DNA of 16,147 nt from the NCBI GenBank assembly GCA_964016885.1, contig OZ024767.1, positions 1 through 16,147 of the forward strand, read 5' to 3'. How positions within the stretch are numbered: position 1 is the first letter of the stretch; each line of letters begins with the position of its first letter. This document shows positions 9,964 through 16,147 of this stretch, one piece after another. The notes under the pieces were generated by a model, which did not search any database, was not told the origin of the DNA, and saw only the letters and a list, made by a program, of their open reading frames with translations. The position numbers and the translations under genes were made by a program. Source of the DNA: Eledone cirrhosa (lineage: Eukaryota).

Positions 9964-10905
9964 ATGGTTTTAGAGTTATTATCTTATGTTGTTTCATGTA
10001 TTTGTGCATTATTAGCGGTTGCTTTTTTTACTTTATTAGAGCGAAAAGGGTTAAGATATTTTCAGAATCGTAAAGGTCCTAATAAAGTAGGGTTAATAGG
10101 ATTACCTCAACCTTTAGCTGATGCATTGAAATTATTTACTAAGGAATATATTAAGCCTATTGTAGTTAATTATATTCCTTTTTTAATTTGTCCTTTTTTA
10201 AGTCTTTTTTTTGCTTTATTTTTGTGAATATTATATAATAGGTATTTTTTAGTGGTTATAGGAGGATTAAGAATAATTTTATTTTTATGTGTTTCAAGTA
10301 TTGGAGTATATTGAGTAATAGGAGCAGGATGATTTTCTAATTCTAAATATGCTTTATTAGGATCTGTACGTGCAGTTGCTCAAAGTATTTCTTATGAGGT
10401 GAGTATATCTTTAATTATAATAAGTTGTTTATTATTAGTTGGTAGATTGAATTTATTAAGGTTGTTAAAATATCAGATGTTTTGTTGGATTTTTTTTATT
10501 AATTTTTTTATATTTATAATATGAGTAGTTTCTACTGTTGCAGAGACACATCGAGCACCTTTTGATTTTGCGGAAGGTGAATCTGAATTGGTTTCTGGGT
10601 TTAATGTTGAGTATGGGGCGGTGGGGTTTGCTTTATTATTTATGGCTGAGTATGGTAATATTTTATTTATAAGATTTTTATCTAGTAGTATGTTTTTGGG
10701 AGGAGGATTTGTAGATATAAGGTTTGGTTTAAGAATATCTTTTTTTGTTACGATTATAGGGTTTTTATTTATTTGAGTTCGTGCTAGTTATCCTCGATAT
10801 CGTTATGATTTGTTAATATATTTAATTTGAAAAAGTTATTTACCATGTGTTTTAATGATTTTAGGGTTTATAGTAGTGTTATGTAAATTTTTATATTATA
10901 TATAA
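9964..10905 (+). CDS. nad1: NADH dehydrogenase subunit 1
   Basis: [29 protein letters not shown]; SNSKYALLG; [24 protein letters not shown]; [10 protein letters not shown]; TAA; 942 nt. Confidence 0.98.
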
Positions 10906-10906
10906 T

Positions 10907-10975
10907 CAAAGAGTAGTTTAAGTATAAAAATAATAACATTGGAAGTTATAGATTAAATGTATATTTATTTTTTGA
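10907..10975 (+). tRNA. trnP: tRNA-Pro (TGG)
   Basis: Acceptor CAAAGAG/TTTTTTG; arm ATAAC-ATTGGAA-GTTAT. Confidence 0.92.
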
Positions 10976-10976
10976 T

Positions 10977-11481
10977 ATGGGAATAATTGTAATGTTTTCA
11001 ATAGGGTTTTCTTTAGTGAGGATGTTATTAATTTTAATTCAACCATTGAGGTTAGGGTTTATAATTATGATAATTAGTATTTATATAAGAGTTTTGGTTT
11101 CTTTTTTTATTTATTCTTGATATGGATTTATATTATTTTTGGTTTATATTGGGGGTTTATTAGTTATATTTATATATATTATTAGATTAATTCCTAATTT
11201 AATTTTTTTGTCTAAAGGTATAATGATTTATTTTTTTATATTAATCATCGGATTTTTTATTATAAATTATTATGTTATGGAAAGATTAATGGATTTAGTA
11301 GTTATAAAATTTGAATATTTAGAATTTAATAATTTAAGAATGTTTTCTTCTACTTTATTGATGAGTAAATATAATTTTTTAGGATATATTTTTTTAGGAA
11401 TTATTTTGTTATTGGTATTAATTAGTGTTGTTAAAATTTGTTATTATTGTGAGGGGGCTTTACGAGTTTTTAAATATAAAT
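10977..11481 (+). CDS. nad6: NADH dehydrogenase subunit 6 (probable abbreviated stop T; first full stop at 11526-11528)
   Basis: ATG at 10977; [39 protein letters not shown]; a single T immediately precedes the cob ATG. Confidence 0.92.
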
Positions 11482-12624
11482 ATGCTGAGTTCGTTACGAA
11501 AAACACATCCTGTTTTAAAAATTGTTAATGGGGCGTTGGTTGATTTACCTTCTCCTGTAAATTTATTTATTTGATGGAATTTTGGGTCTTTATTAGGATT
11601 ATGTTTAATTATTCAGGTTTTAAGAGGATTATTTTTGGCTATACATTATACATCATGTGTTGAGTATTCATTTGATTCAGTTATTCATATTATACGGGAT
11701 GTTAATTATGGTTGAGTTCTACGTTATATTCATGCTAATGGGGCTTCTTTTTTTTTTATTTGTCTTTATTTACATATTGGTCGGGGTTTATATTATGGTT
11801 TATATTTAAATGTCTATACTTGAAATGTTGGTGTGATATTATATGTGTTGGTTATATTAACTGGATTTGTAGGATATGTTCTTCCTTGAGGTCAAATATC
11901 ATTTTGAGGGGCAACAGTAATTACTAATTTAATATCAGTAGTACGCTTATATTGGGGAAAGTTTAGTATATTGAATTTGAGGAGGATTTTCTGTAGATAA
12001 TGCTACATTAAGACGTTTTTTTTTGTTTTCATTTTTTATTTCCTTTTGTAATTATAGGTTTGGTTATTTTACATTTTTTGTTTTTACATGAAGTAGGATC
12101 TAGTAATCCTTTAGGGGTGAATAGTAATTTAGATAAAATTCCTTTTCATCATTATCATAGGTATAAAGATGTTTTAGGATTTTTAGTTATAATATTTTTG
12201 TTAGTTGAATTAAGATTATTATCTCCTAATATATTAGGAGATGCAGAAAATTTTATTCCTGCAAATCCATTAGTAACACCTATTCATATTAAACCGGAGT
12301 GATATTTTTTTATTTGCATATGCAATTCTTCGTTCTATTCCTAATAAAATAGGGGGTGTTATTAGTTTAATAATGTCAATTTTAATTTTATTTTTTTGTC
12401 CTCTTTTTCATATTAGAGGGTGTACTGGATTAAGATATAATTTTTTGTCTCAATTTTTTTTTTGATATTTAATTGGGGTATTTTTTATTTTAACATGAAT
12501 TGGGGGGTGTCCAGTAGAATATCCTTATGAGTTAATTGGGCAGATTTTTAGGATTATATATTTTGCTTGTTTTTTATTTCGACCACTTTTAGATTATTTA
12601 TGAATATATATATTAGAGTATTAA
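11482..12624 (+). CDS. cob: Cytochrome b (three +1 insertions as given)
   Basis: [13 protein letters not shown]...; [38 protein letters not shown]; four heme His codons at 11731, 11773, 12030, 12072; frame changes at 11945, 12016-12024 and 12305-12311. Confidence 0.96.
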
Positions 12625-12687
12625 GTTATATTGGATGAGATGAGATTTTGAAAATCTTTTATAAGTGTTCGATTCACTTGTAACTTT
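12623..12687 (+). tRNA. trnS2: tRNA-Ser2 (TGA)
   Basis: Acceptor AAGTTAT/GTAACTT; arm GAGAT-TTTGAAA-ATCTT; T-arm AAGTG-TTCGATT-CACTT. Confidence 0.92.
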
Positions 12688-12755
12688 AGTTATAGAAATA
12701 TTATATTTAATTTTGGTTTACAAGACCATAGTTTTATATTTTAAACTACTATAAC
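12688..12755 (-). tRNA. trnT: tRNA-Thr (TGT)
   Basis: Minus strand: acceptor GTTATAG/CTATAAC; anticodon arm TGGT-CTTGTAA-ACCA. Confidence 0.92.
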
Positions 12756-12759
12756 ATTT

Positions 12760-13056
12760 ATGATTATAAATAATGGATTGTTATTAGGAGGATATATATA
12801 TATATGTGGGTTAATTATTTTAATATTTCAATGAAAACATGTTTTAAATATATTATTAGGATTTGAGGTGTTGACATTGAGGGTGGTATTTATATTAATA
12901 TTTTCTTGAGGTTATATTAGATTAAGAATATATATAGTTATTTTATTGATTGTTTTTGGGGTTTGTGAAGCTTCTTTAGGTTTATCTTTATTAGTTAGAT
13001 TTATTCGTCTTCATGGAAATGATTACGTTGGTAATATAAGTGTAATAAAATTATAG
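12760..13056 (+). CDS. nad4L: NADH dehydrogenase subunit 4L
   Basis: ATG at 12760; WKHVLNMLLGFE, VCEASLGLSLLV, RLHGND; TAG; 297 nt. Confidence 0.96.
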
Positions 13057-14392
13057 GTGTAATATTTAGATTATTAAGTATATTATTTATTGGATATTGG
13101 AGTTGAGAATTACGTTTTTGGTTTATATTAGTTTTTAGATTTTTAGTATTTAAATATTTAATAGTGGATAGTTGAGGAGTATATATATATTATTTTTATG
13201 TAGATAGGTTATCAGGTGTATTGGTATTATTAAGATTATGGACAAGAAGATTAATATTATTGTCTAGGTATAATTCTATTAAAATTAATAATAATAAAGT
13301 TTATATTTTTTCTTTATGTGTTTTATTATTGTGTTTAGTAGTTATATTATTTTTTTTAATAGATAATATACTAATATTTTATTTGTTTTTTGAATTATCT
13401 TTAATTCCAACATTATTTTTAATTTTGGGGTGAGGGTATCAACCGGAGCGTTTACAAGCTGGTATATATATAATAATATATACGGTGATGGCTTCTTTAC
13501 CGTTGTTATTATGTATTTTATTAATAAGATATTATAAGGGGACTGTTAATATAAATATATATATATATATATGAATTTTGAATTTAGATGTTTATTGATT
13601 TGTAGGATTTTTATTTGCTTTTTGGTAAAGTTACCTTTATATTATTTTCATTTATGATTACCAAAAGCTCATGTTGAGGCTCCTATTTCAGGTTCAATAA
13701 TTTTAGCTAGAGTGTTATTAAAATTAGGGGGGTATGGTATTATACGATTTTTATATTTGTTTAATTTTATAGGAGGATTTCATATTAAATTTTTAATAGT
13801 TTTATGTGTATGAGGTGGTATTATAACATCTATTATTTGTGTTGGTCAAAGAGACATTAAGAGATTAATTGCTTATTCATCAGTTGGTCATATAGGAGTT
13901 ATATTAGGAGGAATGATAAGGGGGTTTATTTTAGGTTGAGAAGGTGCTTTATTAATAATAATTTGTCATGGAATATGTTCATCTGGATTATTTTGTTTAG
14001 GGAATTTAATTTATGAGAAAGTAAATAGTCGAAGTTTATTTTTATATGGGGGAATAATTAATTATAATCCTATAATAAGTTTATTTATGTTTTTATTATG
14101 TATTTGTAATATAGGAGCTCCTCCTTTTGTAGGCTTAGTATCTGAAGTTATATTATATATATCTTTATATATATATAGATTTTTTTTTCTATTATTTATT
14201 ATTATTATAGTATTTTTAGGTGGATTATATAATTTATTAATATATGTAATGGTTCAACATGGGGAAATAATAAGTTTTATAAAAGTAATGAAAATTAATA
14301 AGAATAATGAAAATTTACTTTTATTATTACACATTATTCCTTTACTAGGGTTTATTTTAAATGTTGGTTATATTAGAAAAATATTTTTTTAA
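13050..14392 (+). CDS. nad4: NADH dehydrogenase subunit 4 (one 1-nt deletion as given; start ATT 13050 or ATA 13053)
   Basis: [21 protein letters not shown] in one frame; [24 protein letters not shown] and AYSSVGHMG in another; TAA at 14390-14392; 1343 nt. Confidence 0.95.
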
Positions 14393-14456
14393 ATGAAATT
14401 AGTTTATTTAAAATACTAGGTTGTGGGCTTAGAGAAAAATATTATTTTATTTCATT
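14393..14456 (+). tRNA. trnH: tRNA-His (GTG)
   Basis: Acceptor ATGAAAT/ATTTCAT; arm CTAGG-TTGTGGG-CTTAG. Confidence 0.93.
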
Positions 14457-16147
14457 ATGAAGAAATTTTCTATTGAGTATTTTTTTAGAATAATATTGAT
14501 ATTATTTTCTTTTTTTTGAATAATAATATTTATATATTTAGTGGTTAATAATTGTTGTTATATTATTTCTTGGGAAATTTTTAGGGTAATAAGATTATTT
14601 GTAGAGTTAGATATTTTATTTGATTGAGTGAGATGTAGGTTTAGGAGATTAGTTTGTTTAATTTCAAGTTCAGTTTGTATTTTTAGATTAAGATATATAT
14701 ATGGTGATATTAATAGAAAACGATTTATAATTGTTTTAATATTGTTTGTATTATCTATAAATTTTTTAATTTTTATTCCTAGATTTATTAGATTGTTATT
14801 AGGTTGAGATGGATTGGGTTTAGTATCATTTTGTTTAGTGATTTATTATCAAAATAATAAATCATTGAGGGCAGGAATGTTGACTGTATTAATAAATCGA
14901 GTTGGGGATTGTTTTATTTTAGGAGGAATTAGAATAATAGTTTTATTGGGACATTGAAATTATTTGTGTATTTGGTATTTTTTTTTTTTTGATATCTGTA
15001 TAATTTTTATTGTAATTGCCGGTATAACTAAAAGAGCTCAAATTCCTTTTAGAAGATGATTACCTGCTGCTATAGCGGCACCTACTCCAGTATCTGCGTT
15101 AGTTCATTCTTCTACTTTAGTAACGGCTGGGGTTTTTTTATTAATTCGGTTTTATAATCATTTATTAAATATTAGTGGGTTTTGTGAATTTATTATATTT
15201 ATTTCTATTATAACTACATTTATATCTGGTATTTGTGCTATTTTTGAATATGATATAAAAAAAATTATTGCTTTATCAACATTAAGACAATTGGGAGTAA
15301 TAATAATATCTTTAGGTTTAAAGATACCTATATTAAGATTATTTCATTTATATACACATGCAATGTTTAAAGCATTATTATTTATATGTGGTGGAAATAT
15401 TATTCATTGTTATATAGGTATACAAGATATTCGTGATATTAAAGGTGTTTGTTATAATTTACCTTTTACTAGTTTAATTATAAATATTTCTAATATAGCT
15501 TTATGTGGGTTGCCTTTTTTAGCTGGATTTTATTCTAAAGATTTAATTATTGAGAGATTGTTAAGAAGAAATATAAATATAGTGTTGGGTATGTTGGGAT
15601 TATTAGGTGTATGTTTGACAATATTATATTCTATACGTTTATCTATATTTATATTATGGAGAGATGTAGTTAGAATTAATTATGAAGATATAAATGATGA
15701 TGATAATAATATTATTATATCTATATTAATTTTATCTTTGGGAGCTATATTTGGTGGATTATATTATCAAAATATAACTATTTATTTTAACGAAATTATT
15801 ATTTTACCTTTTATATATAAAAGGTTAGTTTTATTGTTATTATTTTTTTCTATAATTATTTCGTTAAGAATAAATAAAATTTATAAAAAAGTTGAATTAA
15901 ATATAGTTTATTGATTTAATAGAAAAATATGATTTTTATCTTTTTTAAGGGGATATCCTTTTTTATATTTTATAATAAATATTAGTAATATAAATTTAAA
16001 ATCTGTTGATATAGGATGATTTGAATTGGTAAGTGGTCAAGGGATTTTTTTAATATTAAAAAATTTTATAATTATTATGGAACGATGAATAATAGTTTTT
16101 TTTAATATTTACTTAATAATTGTTTTTTTTGTTTATAATATTATTTT
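14457..16147 (+). CDS. nad5: NADH dehydrogenase subunit 5 (3' end abuts trnF across the circular junction)
   Basis: ATG at 14457; [76 protein letters not shown]; no stop before the window end. Confidence 0.96.

Noticed and set aside
12688-12755. trnT as the only minus-strand gene in the plus-strand block
   Set aside because: A known, ancestral arrangement in molluscs and other protostomes.
13050-13056. nad4L/nad4 7-nt overlap
   Set aside because: A well-known conserved feature of animal mtDNA.
13555-13572. (AT)9 run in nad4 as the cause of the nad4 frameshift
   Set aside because: The frame stays sensible through FLFAF downstream; the break maps to 13619-13623.
9964-15914. Fragmented nad1 and nad5 ORFs in the track as pseudogenes
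   Set aside because: The breaks are TGA codons, which encode Trp in code 5; the frames are continuous.

Overview
The window appears to be a complete, very AT-rich, circular animal mitochondrial genome. It opens at the first base of trnF and ends at the 3' end of nad5. It uses the invertebrate mitochondrial code (table 5: TGA=Trp, AGA/AGG=Ser, ATA=Met), so the supplied ORF track only shows gene fragments and antisense shadows. All 37 standard genes are present: 13 CDS, 22 tRNAs and 2 rRNAs. They form two blocks diverging from a control region of about 1.1 kb (5826-6949). The minus-strand block reads cox3-K-A-R-N-I-nad3-S1-nad2-cox1-cox2-D-atp8-atp6. The plus-strand block reads E-G-Q-W-Y-C-M-rrnS-V-rrnL-L1-L2-nad1-P-nad6-cob-S2-(T on minus)-nad4L-nad4-H-nad5-F. 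This order and the protein sequences point to an octopodiform cephalopod; I cannot name the species. Main oddities: five clear frame disruptions in essential genes (nad3 x1, cob x3, nad4 x1) plus a nad5 end without a valid stop; losses of conserved residues in cob; 2-nt tRNA overlaps (K/A, Y/C) and a mismatched trnR acceptor stem that predict tRNA 3'-end editing; a nad6-cob junction needing tRNA-less processing; a long hairpin where the two transcription units converge; and structured repeats in the control region. The frameshifts are most parsimoniously sequencing/assembly errors or NUMT contamination; recoding or editing cannot be excluded without reads or cDNA. I found no convincing evidence of a wholly new biological system.
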